A stretch of 64,000 nt of DNA from Nitrospirota bacterium (GTDB taxonomy: Bacteria; Nitrospirota; UBA9217): the NCBI GenBank assembly GCA_029858565.1, contig JAOUEV010000001.1, forward strand, positions 32,001-96,000, given 5' to 3'. Below, piece after piece: positions 19,391-29,821 of the stretch; within the stretch, counting starts at the first letter, position 1, and each line of letters opens with the position of its first letter. The notes under the pieces were generated by a model. It made no database searches and was not told the origin of the DNA. It saw only the letters and a program-made list of their open reading frames with translations. Made by a program: the position numbers and the translations under genes.

Positions 19391-19552
19391 GCCGCTCCTC
19401 CTGGGTCTGGTCAACCTACCGCTAACGAGCAGTATCATAGCCCTTTCGGCAACCCTTGACAAGGCACCCGTTGACAGAAGTTGACCGGAGACTGTCAGGT
19501 TACGCAGAAATATGGTATTATAGAATCCATACATCATATCCAGGAGGACGTT

Positions 19553-19954
19553 ATGGCTTTTGAATGGACCACGGATCTTGCCACGGGTAATTCGGATATC
19601 GACAGACAGCACCAGGAGATGTTCAAACGTATCAACAATCTGCTCGATGCCTGCACCCAGCAGAAGGGGAAGGAAGAGATCGGGAAATTCTTGGGTTTTC
19701 TCGAGGATTATGTGGTAGAGCATTTTAATGCCGAGGAAAAAGTCATGACCGAACGTCACTATCCCGGTCTTGCCGCTCACAAGCAGGAGCATGAGCATTT
19801 CAAGCAGAGGATCGCCACGATCAAGAAGGAGTTCGTGGAATTCGGTGCGACCATCCATGTGGTCTTGCTGGCGATCCGGACCGCAGGCGACTGGCTGATC
19901 TCGCATATTCGAAAGACTGATAAGGCAATGGGCGCTTTTCTCAAGGGCGCATAA
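19553..19954 (+). CDS. Bacteriohemerythrin
   Basis: IDRQHQE, HFNAEE, HKQEH and WLISHI...D motifs; GGAGG RBS. Confidence 0.93.
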   Translation: MAFEWTTDLATGNSDIDRQHQEMFKRINNLLDACTQQKGKEEIGKFLGFLEDYVVEHFNAEEKVMTERHYPGLAAHKQEHEHFKQRIATIKKEFVEFGATIHVVLLAIRTAGDWLISHIRKTDKAMGAFLKGA

Positions 19955-20146
19955 GCAGGTCCCTGCAGTGTTCCAGAACGTATACCAAGCCGCTGAACAG
20001 GTTCTGTTCCGCGGCTTTTTCATTCAGCCCGAAATTCTCCATCATCTCGTTGCTTCGATCGGCCTTTTATGCTACCGTAGCCGCGTGACCCCTGCTGAAC
20101 CTGCGTTGGCAAGCGATGAGGAGGTTGAATCATGTTCGTTCCCTGC

Positions 20147-21103
20147 ATGAGAACTAAGTTTCAGACAGCCACGTTGTTCCTGCTCCTGGCTGCAGTCACA
20201 GGATGCGCTCCCTCGGTCATGTTCCAGCAGATCCAGCCGGGCCATCTGGGGGCCGGCCGCGACCTCGGCATTGCGGTCAGCGCGCCGGATTTCGAGGTCA
20301 ACCTGGACCTTGCGGGCTTGCGGGAACTCGCCGCGGTCAGAAAGAAGAACTCCCAGAACCAGGGAACTCCTGCGGATACCGAGCTTTTCGCTCCCCTGGT
20401 GGAGCGTGAGATGATGAAGAATATCACGGCCAATCCGGTCATCCGGCTGTCGACCTCGATCACCCACACGATCGCGGTCTCAGGCGCGCTCTATGTTCGC
20501 GATATCACGACCATACAGAAGGACGAGATCAAGCTCGAGAACCGGGTCGTTGACGTACGGGAGACCGCCACGGTGGACCGGGTGTTCGAACTGACATTGA
20601 ACTATCAGGTCATATCAGCCGCCACGGGGACCACGATATTCTCGGGAAAGCAGGAGGGCGTGCGATCGCAACGCGGCCAGGGAAAGACCGCGCAGGAGGC
20701 GGTCGAACGGTTCGAACCCTGGGAAGATGTGCTCGAAAGTCTTATTGCGCAGGAATCCGGAAAGATGCTGAGCAAGGTCCTTCCCCGCCAGGTCACGGTC
20801 ACGCGCAAGCTCAAGGAAGGCTCGTCAAAGGCGCTCCGGGCGTCGGTCGAGGTTGCAGTAAAGGAAGGGCTGGATCGCGCGTGGCCCCTCTGGCAAGCGA
20901 TCAAGGACAGCGGTGAACAGCTAGCTCCTGCCGACAGGTCCGCTCTATTCCACAACATGGGGGTCTATTATGAATCCAAGGATGATCTGGTCAACGCCCG
21001 GCTGTTCTTCGAACAATGCCTGGCTGCACAGGATGAGGAGTTGTGCCGCAAAGGTCAGGAACGGATAAAGAGCAGGGAAGAGGCTTTGGACACAGTAAGA
21101 TAA
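20147..21103 (+). CDS. Putative lipoprotein with C-terminal TPR-like helices
   Basis: VTGC lipobox; HNMGVYYE...ARLFFEQCL TPR-like segment. Confidence 0.65.
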   Translation: MRTKFQTATLFLLLAAVTGCAPSVMFQQIQPGHLGAGRDLGIAVSAPDFEVNLDLAGLRELAAVRKKNSQNQGTPADTELFAPLVEREMMKNITANPVIRLSTSITHTIAVSGALYVRDITTIQKDEIKLENRVVDVRETATVDRVFELTLNYQVISAATGTTIFSGKQEGVRSQRGQGKTAQEAVERFEPWEDVLESLIAQESGKMLSKVLPRQVTVTRKLKEGSSKALRASVEVAVKEGLDRAWPLWQAIKDSGEQLAPADRSALFHNMGVYYESKDDLVNARLFFEQCLAAQDEELCRKGQERIKSREEALDTVR

Positions 21104-21190
21104 CCCAGGCCAAGAAGTCTAGACGAAGGGATTTTTGTTTGCATATCCGGGTGGTGCGGCCATGCAGGATCGCGTCCGCGCGGTCTGCAA

Positions 21191-22099
21191 CTATTTTGGG
21201 AATCCCGCATCTGCAAGTGCCCGCAAGGGGCCGGTGCTTCTGAGCACTTCCAGCTGCTCCTTATCACGCACAAAGAACGAGCCGGCATAGGCCAGTGAAT
21301 TGAGCGATATGCCTTCCACATGTTCCCGGGAGCGCGGGACCAGCAGCATCCATGTTCGCGTCACGATCATGCAGTAGGGCAGCGACTGGCGGGTCAGTTC
21401 TCCGGGGACCGGCGGTTCGATCCCGACGCGTCCGAGCAGATGTCCGTAGAGATCGTAGGAGCGTTCCGCAGCTTCCCGGGCATCCTGCCACAGTGAACGA
21501 TCAATCCAGCTGAAGGCATGTTTGAAAGAAAAGGCGGGTATCGATCCGATCCCGTCCCGGTCGATTACTGCATCCCGCAGCAGCGGCTCCATGGGCACCG
21601 CAGGGCCCTGGGGATCCAGGGGGAGCGGAACGAACTGCAAATGCTTATGCTCCTGGCTTGCCCCGCCTTCCGGCCCGCCGTTGTAAAATCCCAGCCCGTC
21701 ATATTCCGCCATGCAGACCCAGAGGGCTTCGAAGTCCCGGACCGTCAGCAATGTTTCCTGATGCTCGAACCGGCGCGTGATGATCAGCAGATGATGCTCG
21801 ACCACGTTGAACTTGTTCAGGACGGCGATGTGGCTGTCGGTCACGTCAGACACGACCAGGTCGGTTTCGGGAGGGAGAAAGGGGTTGACCTTCAGGCCGG
21901 CGCGTTCGGCCTTGCTCTGCTCTTTCCGTGCCTCATCTTTGCGGCGCAGGCCGGCAAGGACCCGGACGAGGAACCGGACTCCCTGATCATTGATCACCGC
22001 ATGGTCCGTGGGAATTGGTAAAAGCACGCCGCTTGCCAGCGCGCGTTCAGTTGTCCGGAGCAAATGGTCCCGGAGGGTCCCTTTTTGCAAGAGTGTCAT
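21191..22099 (-). CDS. ATP adenylyltransferase / Ap4A phosphorylase
   Basis: NPFLP, LNKFNV, FYNGG..GASQEHKHLQ HIT-like motif, VPRS. Confidence 0.9.
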   Translation of the reverse strand: MTLLQKGTLRDHLLRTTERALASGVLLPIPTDHAVINDQGVRFLVRVLAGLRRKDEARKEQSKAERAGLKVNPFLPPETDLVVSDVTDSHIAVLNKFNVVEHHLLIITRRFEHQETLLTVRDFEALWVCMAEYDGLGFYNGGPEGGASQEHKHLQFVPLPLDPQGPAVPMEPLLRDAVIDRDGIGSIPAFSFKHAFSWIDRSLWQDAREAAERSYDLYGHLLGRVGIEPPVPGELTRQSLPYCMIVTRTWMLLVPRSREHVEGISLNSLAYAGSFFVRDKEQLEVLRSTGPLRALADAGFPK

Positions 22100-22279
22100 A
22101 GAGAGTGATCACTTACCATTCGGCAGGATTATACCATATCCGAAGGACAGGGTTCATTGTCAAAAAAGACCGTTGCAAAGTCGGTATGTGCATTCCGTTC
22201 CTGCTCTTGCCGCGTGAGGAAGCGCTTGCCCAGAAACCTTCGCCCGGGGTATCATGCACAGGCGGTAAGGAGAAAGCGC

Positions 22280-23137
22280 ATGATCGATCTCGCGAAAACA
22301 ACAGATGAAAAACTCATCGAACTTCTGTACACCGAAGGAGACAGGCTTTCTCGGACGGTCGTGGAGGAGATCACCGGGCGGCAGGGCATGGTGACGCGTC
22401 TGGCGGGGATAGTTTCCGATCCATGTAACTGGAACGAACCGCTGCCCGCGTGGTGGGCGCCTGTGCACGCTGTTTACGCCCTGGGCGCGATCGGCACGGC
22501 TGATACCGTGCTTCCGCTCTGCCGCGCACTGCGGTATGCCGAGGCCTGCGAGAACGACTGGGTCACCGAGGACCTTCCTTCCATCTTCGGCCGCATCGGG
22601 AACGCTGCGTCAAAGCTTATTCAGACCATGGCCTTTGACCGGACCTCCGGGTGGCTGGTCCGCACGATCTGTCTCGAAGGCCTGGCGGCCATGACCCTTC
22701 GCGATCCTTCTTCGCAGGCAAAGGTCTTCAGCCTTGTGCATGCCGTCTTTGTCGATCCCGGCGAGGACCTGACGCTCCGGCAGAACGCGGGCAGCATCCT
22801 GCTCGATCTCCTGAGGCAGGAATACCGCGCTGACCTCATTGCCTTCGGTGCTCTGGAGCGGGCGAGGGCGGACAAGGACCCCTCGGTCAAGGTGTTGTTC
22901 ACTGACCGGGAAGTCGAAAAGGACTTCGCGAGGGGCGTGATGGCCCGGGAGCATTATGAGCGGGACTGGCTCCGGTTCTATGAACCCGACGCGATCGCTG
23001 AACGGCAGCGGCGGTGGGACAAGGAACAGCTGGAAAAGGCCGCGCAGCCCGAACATCGCACCCCCCAGGAACTTTGCCCCCTGGCACAGGACAAGAACCA
23101 TCGGAAGTGCTGTTTGGGGAAGGTGGGGCTGGCGTGA
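22280..23137 (+). CDS. DUF1186-like HEAT-repeat protein with degenerate SEC-C tail
   Basis: DWVTEDLPSIF; C-terminal ELCPLAQDKNHRKCC resembles SEC-C; AGGAG RBS. Confidence 0.6.
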   Translation: MIDLAKTTDEKLIELLYTEGDRLSRTVVEEITGRQGMVTRLAGIVSDPCNWNEPLPAWWAPVHAVYALGAIGTADTVLPLCRALRYAEACENDWVTEDLPSIFGRIGNAASKLIQTMAFDRTSGWLVRTICLEGLAAMTLRDPSSQAKVFSLVHAVFVDPGEDLTLRQNAGSILLDLLRQEYRADLIAFGALERARADKDPSVKVLFTDREVEKDFARGVMAREHYERDWLRFYEPDAIAERQRRWDKEQLEKAAQPEHRTPQELCPLAQDKNHRKCCLGKVGLA

Positions 23138-23246
23138 GGATCAGCCGGCAGGCCGTAAGCGATAAAGGAGCAAGCACGAGAAAAGCTCATGAATCAGATA
23201 CGTGCTATTGCAGCCGGATCTGCGAACTCGAAAGGAAAGAATTGCC

Positions 23247-23432
23247 GTGGTACCCAATATCGATTACAGCCTCTGCCAGGGATGCGGAGGATGCGCTGAA
23301 GCTTATCCCCAGTTCTTCAAAATGCATGAGGAGAAGGCCTGGATCATTAATGCCGAAAAGTTCGATGCAGAGCGGGACAAGGGCGTTCTTCTGGTCTGTC
23401 CCTACTATGCGATCTCGATCGAAAAGGGATAG
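23247..23432 (+). CDS. Small single-cluster ferredoxin
   Basis: CQGCGGC plus distal CPYYAISI; likely GTG start at 23247. Confidence 0.8.
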   Translation: MVPNIDYSLCQGCGGCAEAYPQFFKMHEEKAWIINAEKFDAERDKGVLLVCPYYAISIEKG

Positions 23433-23459
23433 AGCGCAGTCCGGGCCTGTCCCGTTAGC

Positions 23460-24383
23460 TTAACTCGACGGGCATTCCTTGCCGCTGGCCTTTGTTTCCC
23501 AAAGCCGCTTTGCAATACGCTCGGTCCTCTCTCCGTTCTCAACGGTCTCCTGCCATTGCGACGGAATACCCTCGATGCCATAGCGAGCGCCGGCGATAGC
23601 TCCGGTCATGGCGCAGAGTGTGTCGTCCGTCGTACCGCCCAACTCGGCTGCGTTGAGCAGCGCGCTCTTGAAATCCTTGTTCGCCAGGACAGTGTAGATC
23701 GCCGTGGGCACAGAGTTCAGTGCCGATCCCCCGTTTCCCAACTGCTCGACAACATCCTTCTTCGAACAACCTTCTTCAAGGAACCGGAAGACCAACTTAA
23801 GCTTTTCCTGGTAGGGCGGTGAATTGGTGATCAAACGGAGCAGCGCAAGGAATTCCGAGGGGATGATCTCGCCGGATTCGGAAAGGACCGAGAGGGCGAT
23901 CGCGCATGCATGAACGACCGCTCCTTCAAGCGCCAGCTCATGGCTGTGGGTGATCGACGCGCAGTGGTATGCGATATCGCGAAGGGTGCGCGGATCGTCA
24001 TGGTATAGGAGGCCCACCGGAGAGACGCGGACGACCGCACCGTTCCCATAGGAGCCCTCAGGGAAGATGTCCCGGTCCAGCATGCCGAAGCCCAGCCGCC
24101 CGTTGCGCATCATGCGGAAGACCCGGGAGACCGTGTTGCCGTACCTTCGCCAGGGCTCCTGTTCGTAATATCTGATCAGGTTCTCGGTCATGTGCCAGTA
24201 ATGGAACTCGCCGAGGTCGGCAAGCGACTCCGCGACCCCCAGGGACAGGACCGTATCGTCGCTGTACCGGGGAGCCAGGTCCGCGGCTTCAGCGCCTGCG
24301 GCTCCCTGCCGCCGAGCGCCGAGCGAATCGCCTACAGCTAAACCGACAAGACATCCCTTGAATTTTGAGAGTTTTCTTTCCAT
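23460..24383 (-). CDS. ADP-ribosylglycohydrolase (DraG-like)
   Basis: GLAVGDSLG, YSDDT, GSYGNGAVVR, ITH and GAIAGA motifs. Confidence 0.9.
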   Translation of the reverse strand: MERKLSKFKGCLVGLAVGDSLGARRQGAAGAEAADLAPRYSDDTVLSLGVAESLADLGEFHYWHMTENLIRYYEQEPWRRYGNTVSRVFRMMRNGRLGFGMLDRDIFPEGSYGNGAVVRVSPVGLLYHDDPRTLRDIAYHCASITHSHELALEGAVVHACAIALSVLSESGEIIPSEFLALLRLITNSPPYQEKLKLVFRFLEEGCSKKDVVEQLGNGGSALNSVPTAIYTVLANKDFKSALLNAAELGGTTDDTLCAMTGAIAGARYGIEGIPSQWQETVENGERTERIAKRLWETKASGKECPSS

Positions 24384-24543
24384 CACAAGAGAAAATCCTG
24401 GCAAATGCCGTGCATGAGGCTTGCGCAGGCCCGGGTGGGGCAGGAAAATAACCCGGGTCGTTGGTGCGGGGATATTATAAGAAGTTGGCTCCGGGGAAAG
24501 CAAGGGACGAAAACGGCCGGGGAGGTACAGAGCAATAGTAGAT

Positions 24544-26670
24544 TTAGCTGACCACCTGGCTGATAAAATCATCCCTCGACATCTCAAAGAGCGATTTCGG
24601 CGGGGAGAAACGGTCACCTAGACGTTTCGCGAGATCGTCAAGTTTCTCAACGATCTCCTTTGCGCCTGCATCATCCGCGAATTTGAGCAGCCCTCCGCGG
24701 AAAGGCGGGAACCCGATTCCGAAGACCAGGGCCGCATCAAGCAGGTCAGGCCGGTCAATGATCCCTTCCTCGATACAAAGTGCGGCTTCCTTGATCATCA
24801 GCAGTATTGTCCGGTCAATGATCTCCTGATCCGGGATCGTCTTTGAATGCCCGTTCGTGGACGCGATCAGGCTGAGCACAACAGGGTCCGGACCTTTTCG
24901 CTCCCTGCCCTCGTAGCAATAGAAGCCCTTTCCATTCTTTTTCCCGTAATAGCCTTCCTTATATAACCGCTTGAGCAGGTCCGGCGGTGCCACGCGGTCG
25001 CCGAGTCCTTTGTGCAGGATGCCTGCAACCTTATAGGCGACGTCGATGCCGATCTCATCGAGGAGGACGAACGCTCCCATGGGCATGCCGAACTTCATCA
25101 GCACACTGTCGATATGATCGATGGACTCACCTTCCTCGAGCATTCTCGCTGCTTCGGTCAGGAATGGCATCAAAATGCGGTTCACCAGGAATCCCGGCCC
25201 ATCGTTCACAACCACCGGGAGCTTGCCGAGTTTGACAGAGAGCGCGGATATGGCCGCCACAACAGCGGGATCGGTCTGCTTGCCCCGAACGATCTCCACG
25301 AGCGGCATCTTTTCAACAGGATTGAAGAAATGCATGCCAACTACCCGTCCGGGGCGCTGTGCCGCTGATGCAAGCTCGGTGACCGAAAGCGACGAGGTGT
25401 TTGTCGCGAAGATCGCGTCTGGCCTTGCAACGGTCTCAAAGTCGCGGAGCACTTGTTTTTTCACATCCATGTTCTCGATGACCGCTTCTATCGTCAGGTC
25501 TGCCTGCGCGAAGCCGGCAAGATCGGGACCGCCGGCGATCCGGTCCATGCCGTCCCGTGCCTGAATTGCAGTGACAATGCCTTTTTTCATCCTTTTGCGG
25601 AAGATATCATGCGCGGTCCTGAGACCTGCGCCAACAGCTTTGGTGTTCACGTCCCTGAGCCGGACGGAAAGCCCTTTTTCCGCAAGAAGCTGGGCAATAC
25701 CCGCGCCCATGATCCCCGCGCCGGTGACAGCGGCATGATCGATCGAGACAGCAGAGGTTCGCGCTTCTTTCTTGAGGATCTCGCTGAGGTAATAGACATG
25801 GATAAGGTTCTTGGCAACAGGTGAGGCGATCAGTTGACCGATCAGCAGTGCTTCATGTGCATAGCCTGCCCTTTTCCCATGAATCAGGCCATGGCGTACG
25901 GCATCGAGCGCCGCAAGCGGCGCAGGATAATTGCCGCGGGTCTCTTTGCGGATCTCATTTTCAGCTTTCCTATATATAAACGAGCGGGTCAGAGGGTTGC
26001 TTTCGAGCACCTTCATCGCCAAGGGCCTGCGCGCCCTGATCTTCTTCGGCGCCGCGGTGTCAATGGCCTTTTTAGCCAAGGCAACAGCGGCAGGGAGCAG
26101 ATTCTCCTTATAGGTGACCTCGTCGGCAAGGCCGATCCGCTTTGCCTTCCTTGGATATACGGATTTCCCGGTAAGGATCATGTCCAGGGAATTCGCAAGG
26201 CCGACGAGTCGGGGCAGACGCTGGGTGCCGCCGAAGCCGGGGATGATGCCGAGCTTCACCTCCGGCAGACCAAGAACGGTCCTGGGCCCGCTGCTGACGA
26301 CACGATAGCGGCATGCAAGGGCCAGTTCCAGTCCTCCGCCAAGGCAGGCGCCGTTGATCGCGGCAACTGTGGGGAAGGGCAGGTCCTCGATCTTCTGCAG
26401 GACCTCCTGGCCGTTCCTGCTCAGCTCTTCGCCGAGATCGGCATCAGTGATGTTTCGGATCTCGGAAATATCAGCTCCGGCGATGAAATTGTCCGGCTTC
26501 CCGCTCCTGATAACGAGCGCCTTGATCGTTCTACTTATGGATAGATCGTCAAGAATCCGCGACAGTTCATCCATGACCGCTGTGGTGAGCTTGTTCACCT
26601 TCTCGTCAGGCAGGTCGAAGGTCAGGACGGCGATGCCGTGGCTATCTATTTCATAATGAAATGCCGACAT
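24544..26670 (-). CDS. fadJ: Fatty-acid oxidation complex alpha subunit (enoyl-CoA hydratase / 3-hydroxyacyl-CoA dehydrogenase)
   Basis: AGADI, GGGLELAL, PEVKLG, GAGIMG, NTSSL, HFFNP and PGFLVNR motifs. Confidence 0.9.
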   Translation of the reverse strand: MSAFHYEIDSHGIAVLTFDLPDEKVNKLTTAVMDELSRILDDLSISRTIKALVIRSGKPDNFIAGADISEIRNITDADLGEELSRNGQEVLQKIEDLPFPTVAAINGACLGGGLELALACRYRVVSSGPRTVLGLPEVKLGIIPGFGGTQRLPRLVGLANSLDMILTGKSVYPRKAKRIGLADEVTYKENLLPAAVALAKKAIDTAAPKKIRARRPLAMKVLESNPLTRSFIYRKAENEIRKETRGNYPAPLAALDAVRHGLIHGKRAGYAHEALLIGQLIASPVAKNLIHVYYLSEILKKEARTSAVSIDHAAVTGAGIMGAGIAQLLAEKGLSVRLRDVNTKAVGAGLRTAHDIFRKRMKKGIVTAIQARDGMDRIAGGPDLAGFAQADLTIEAVIENMDVKKQVLRDFETVARPDAIFATNTSSLSVTELASAAQRPGRVVGMHFFNPVEKMPLVEIVRGKQTDPAVVAAISALSVKLGKLPVVVNDGPGFLVNRILMPFLTEAARMLEEGESIDHIDSVLMKFGMPMGAFVLLDEIGIDVAYKVAGILHKGLGDRVAPPDLLKRLYKEGYYGKKNGKGFYCYEGRERKGPDPVVLSLIASTNGHSKTIPDQEIIDRTILLMIKEAALCIEEGIIDRPDLLDAALVFGIGFPPFRGGLLKFADDAGAKEIVEKLDDLAKRLGDRFSPPKSLFEMSRDDFISQVVS

Positions 26671-26672
26671 GG

Positions 26673-27956
26673 TTATATCCGTTCCACGATCATCGCCCCT
26701 CCCTGGCCGCCGCCGATGCACATGGTGGCAAGTCCGGTCGCAAGATTTCTCCGCTCCATTTCCTTGAGCAGCGTGATCACGATACGCATCCCCGATGATC
26801 CCACTGGATGGCCAAGGGCGATTGCTCCGCCGTTCACGTTCATGATGTCCCTCCGGAACTCGCCGATCGGCTGCTCACCGGGAAGATGTCTCCGGAAGAA
26901 CTGTTCAGATGCAGCGGCCTTTTCGCAGGCGATGACCTGGGCAGCGAATGCTTCGTTCAGTTCGATCAGCTCCATGTCTGACAGCTTCATTCCCGCCAGC
27001 TTCAGCACTTTATTTGTGGCAAATACAGGTCCGAGCCCCATGCGTGAGGGATCGTTCCCCGCAAACGCATAGGCCCTGATCCTGCCCAGGGGCTTCAGGC
27101 CCAATTCCCGGGCGCGGTCTCCGCTCATCACAAGGGCCGCGGCAGCCCCGTCGGTAATGGGCGATGAGTTTCCGGGCGTCACGGTGCCGGTCTTTCTATC
27201 AAAATAGGGCTTCAGTTTTTCCAGATCGTCCATGGTCTGGTGCTTGCGAGGCCCCACGTCCTCTTCAACTGCCTCGAACTTCGGCGGGACATAAAAGGGA
27301 GCGATCTCGTTCCTGAACTTTCCCGCTTCGTTCGCGGCCGACCATTTCTGATGGCTCCAGAGGGAGAACTCATCCTGCTCTTTTCGCGAGATAGCGAAGT
27401 CCTGTACCAGATTTTCCGCGGTCTGGCCCATATTAAAGCCCGACACCGGGTCAGTGAGCCCCAGGGTGAGCCCGACGACCGGCACAAGGTCCGGCGGCCT
27501 GATGGCCAGACCGGCGATGACCTTTTCCCAGAGGGTCTTGGACCTGCCGATGGCCGTGAATATGTCTTTCAGCCGCTTGGTGGTGTAGAACCCGAAGTTG
27601 GACATGGATTCAACGCCTGCGGTCAACACTACATCCGATAGACCGGAAACGATCTGGGCATATGCGCTCGACAGGGCCTGCATGCCGGACGCGCAGTTCC
27701 GTTGCACGCTGTAGGCGGGGATGGGCTGCGGGATCCCTGCGCGCAACGCGATCACCCGCGCGATGTTCGCGGCTTCAGCGGGCATGCCCGCATTTCCCAC
27801 GATCACCTCGTCCACGATCTTGGGATCAATGCCCGTTCGAGCAACGATCTCTTTTATCACAAAGGCCCCAAGCGTGTCAGCGGTCACGTTCTTGAGAACA
27901 GTGCCGGATTTCGCGTAGGGAGTTCTTACCCCGTCTATGATGACGATGTTCTTCAT
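26673..27956 (-). CDS. fadI: Acetyl-CoA C-acyltransferase (thiolase)
   Basis: NCASG, NEAFAAQ, GHPVG and CIGGGQG motifs. Confidence 0.9.
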   Translation of the reverse strand: MKNIVIIDGVRTPYAKSGTVLKNVTADTLGAFVIKEIVARTGIDPKIVDEVIVGNAGMPAEAANIARVIALRAGIPQPIPAYSVQRNCASGMQALSSAYAQIVSGLSDVVLTAGVESMSNFGFYTTKRLKDIFTAIGRSKTLWEKVIAGLAIRPPDLVPVVGLTLGLTDPVSGFNMGQTAENLVQDFAISRKEQDEFSLWSHQKWSAANEAGKFRNEIAPFYVPPKFEAVEEDVGPRKHQTMDDLEKLKPYFDRKTGTVTPGNSSPITDGAAAALVMSGDRARELGLKPLGRIRAYAFAGNDPSRMGLGPVFATNKVLKLAGMKLSDMELIELNEAFAAQVIACEKAAASEQFFRRHLPGEQPIGEFRRDIMNVNGGAIALGHPVGSSGMRIVITLLKEMERRNLATGLATMCIGGGQGGAMIVERI

Positions 27957-29674
27957 CAGATCTTCTCCCTGATCCCCAGCTTCGCCCGCTCCTCGTCCCG
28001 CAGCACCCGCCGCAGGACCTTGCCGACCAGGGTCTTGGGCAGTTGGTCGCGGAACTCCACTTCCTTCGGCACTTTGAATTTCGATAGTTCCTGACGGCAG
28101 TATTCGATGATCTCATCGGGCGTTGCAGTGACACCTTCCTTGAGAACGATGTATGCCTTTATCTTCTCCCCCAGGAACTCTTCGTGAGGCACGCCCACGA
28201 CAACCGCTTCCTTGACCTTGGGATGGCTGTAAAGCACCTCTTCCACCTCGCGGGGATAAACATTTTCGCCAACGGTCTTGATCATGTCCTTGATCCGGTC
28301 CACGATCATGAAATAGCCGTCCTCATCGCGCTTCGCGATGTCGCCCGTATGGAGCCAGCCGCCCCGCAGCGCCTGGGCGGTCTCTTCCGGCTTGTTCCAG
28401 TATCCCTGCATCATCTGGGGTCCCCGGACCACCAGTTCTCCGACCTCGCCCACGGCCAGTTCCCGGAGCCCGGTCTCGAGATCCATGATACGGGCATCCG
28501 TGTCAGGCCAGGGAAGTCCGATGGTGCCCGGTTTTCTTCTGCCGAAAATGGGATTGGCATGGGTCACCGGAGAGGCCTCGGACAAGCCATAGCCTTCCAC
28601 GATGCGCGATTTCGTCAGTTGCTCGAACCGCTCCTGCACTTCCTTCATAAGCGGACCGGCCCCGCTGATGGCGGCCTTGATGGACGTGAGATCGTAATTA
28701 TGTGTCTTCATGTAGTTCCCGATGGCGAGGTACATCGCCTGGATCCCCGGGAAGATGGTCGGCCGTTTCTTGTGGACGACCTGCAGCACCTCCTTGGTAT
28801 GGAACTTGGGAAGCAGGATCAGTTCGGCCCCGATGGTGATCCCGAAGTTCATGGCCGTGGTCATGCCGTAAACGTGGAAGAAGGGGATCACCGAGAGTAT
28901 GCGCTCCTCGCCTTCGTTCCGGATGGTGAGCCAGGCGCGGCATTGCGTCGCGTTCACGACCAGGTTCCGGTGGGTCAGGACCGCGCCCTTCGGAATACCG
29001 GTGGTGCCGCCGGTGTATTGCAGGATCGCGATGTCATCGGCCTTTACCACGGCAGCGGGCGCGGTGTCGTATCCTGATCTGACCAGCTGCAAAAAATCAT
29101 GGATCGGAGCAATGCGCTTCACCGGCACCCACTGCTTCTCCAGCATTGCCTTGAGCGGATAGAGCAGGTTGAGCGGGAAGGGCAGGTAATCCTTGATGCC
29201 GCAGAGGACCAGGGCCTTTACCGCGACCCGGGGGAGCACCGGTGCGATGACGGGGTAGAACATGTCCACGGCTACCAGCACCTTCGCGCCGCTGTCACGG
29301 AGCTGAACCTCGAGCTCATGGGAATGGTACAGGGGATTCGTAGCGACCGCGATGGCGCCGATCCGGAGCGTTGCGTAATAGGCAATGACCATCTGCGGGA
29401 TGTTCGGCAGCATAAGAGCGACACGATCGCCCTTGGATACGCCAAGGTGCATCAGTCCGTGCGCGAAACGGTTCACCAGGCGGTCGAGCTCCTGGTAGGT
29501 GATCCTGGCACCGAAGAAGGAAAGTGCCGTATGGTCAGGGAACTTTCGAGCGGTCTCGGCAAGTACGCCGCCCAGAGACAGATCAGGATACACAAGCGAT
29601 CCGCTGATACCGGGTTCGTAGAAATTCACCCACGGTCGGTCGGTTCTGGTCTCCAGGGCTGTCATCGTATCCAC
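27956..29674 (-). CDS. fadD: Long-chain fatty acid-CoA ligase
   Basis: YTGGTTGIPKG, EGYGLSE, WLHTGD and GKVLRR motifs. Confidence 0.93.
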   Translation of the reverse strand: MDTMTALETRTDRPWVNFYEPGISGSLVYPDLSLGGVLAETARKFPDHTALSFFGARITYQELDRLVNRFAHGLMHLGVSKGDRVALMLPNIPQMVIAYYATLRIGAIAVATNPLYHSHELEVQLRDSGAKVLVAVDMFYPVIAPVLPRVAVKALVLCGIKDYLPFPLNLLYPLKAMLEKQWVPVKRIAPIHDFLQLVRSGYDTAPAAVVKADDIAILQYTGGTTGIPKGAVLTHRNLVVNATQCRAWLTIRNEGEERILSVIPFFHVYGMTTAMNFGITIGAELILLPKFHTKEVLQVVHKKRPTIFPGIQAMYLAIGNYMKTHNYDLTSIKAAISGAGPLMKEVQERFEQLTKSRIVEGYGLSEASPVTHANPIFGRRKPGTIGLPWPDTDARIMDLETGLRELAVGEVGELVVRGPQMMQGYWNKPEETAQALRGGWLHTGDIAKRDEDGYFMIVDRIKDMIKTVGENVYPREVEEVLYSHPKVKEAVVVGVPHEEFLGEKIKAYIVLKEGVTATPDEIIEYCRQELSKFKVPKEVEFRDQLPKTLVGKVLRRVLRDEERAKLGIREKI

Positions 29675-29821
29675 CCCCCATTCCGAGCGCCGGCACCCAC
29701 GAGGCTACCGGTGTTGATCGAAGATAAATATTGTCCTCGATATCTATTCCTAGTATAGCACAGCGCGGTCTCAAATTGCGATCAACGCAAAGTGCAAAGC
29801 CCTGCTCATCGCAGCGCCTAG

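Noticed and set aside
19391-20023. N-terminal extension of the 603-aa ORF 18212..20023
   Set aside because: Overlaps the hemerythrin gene on the opposite strand; the real start with RBS is at 19390
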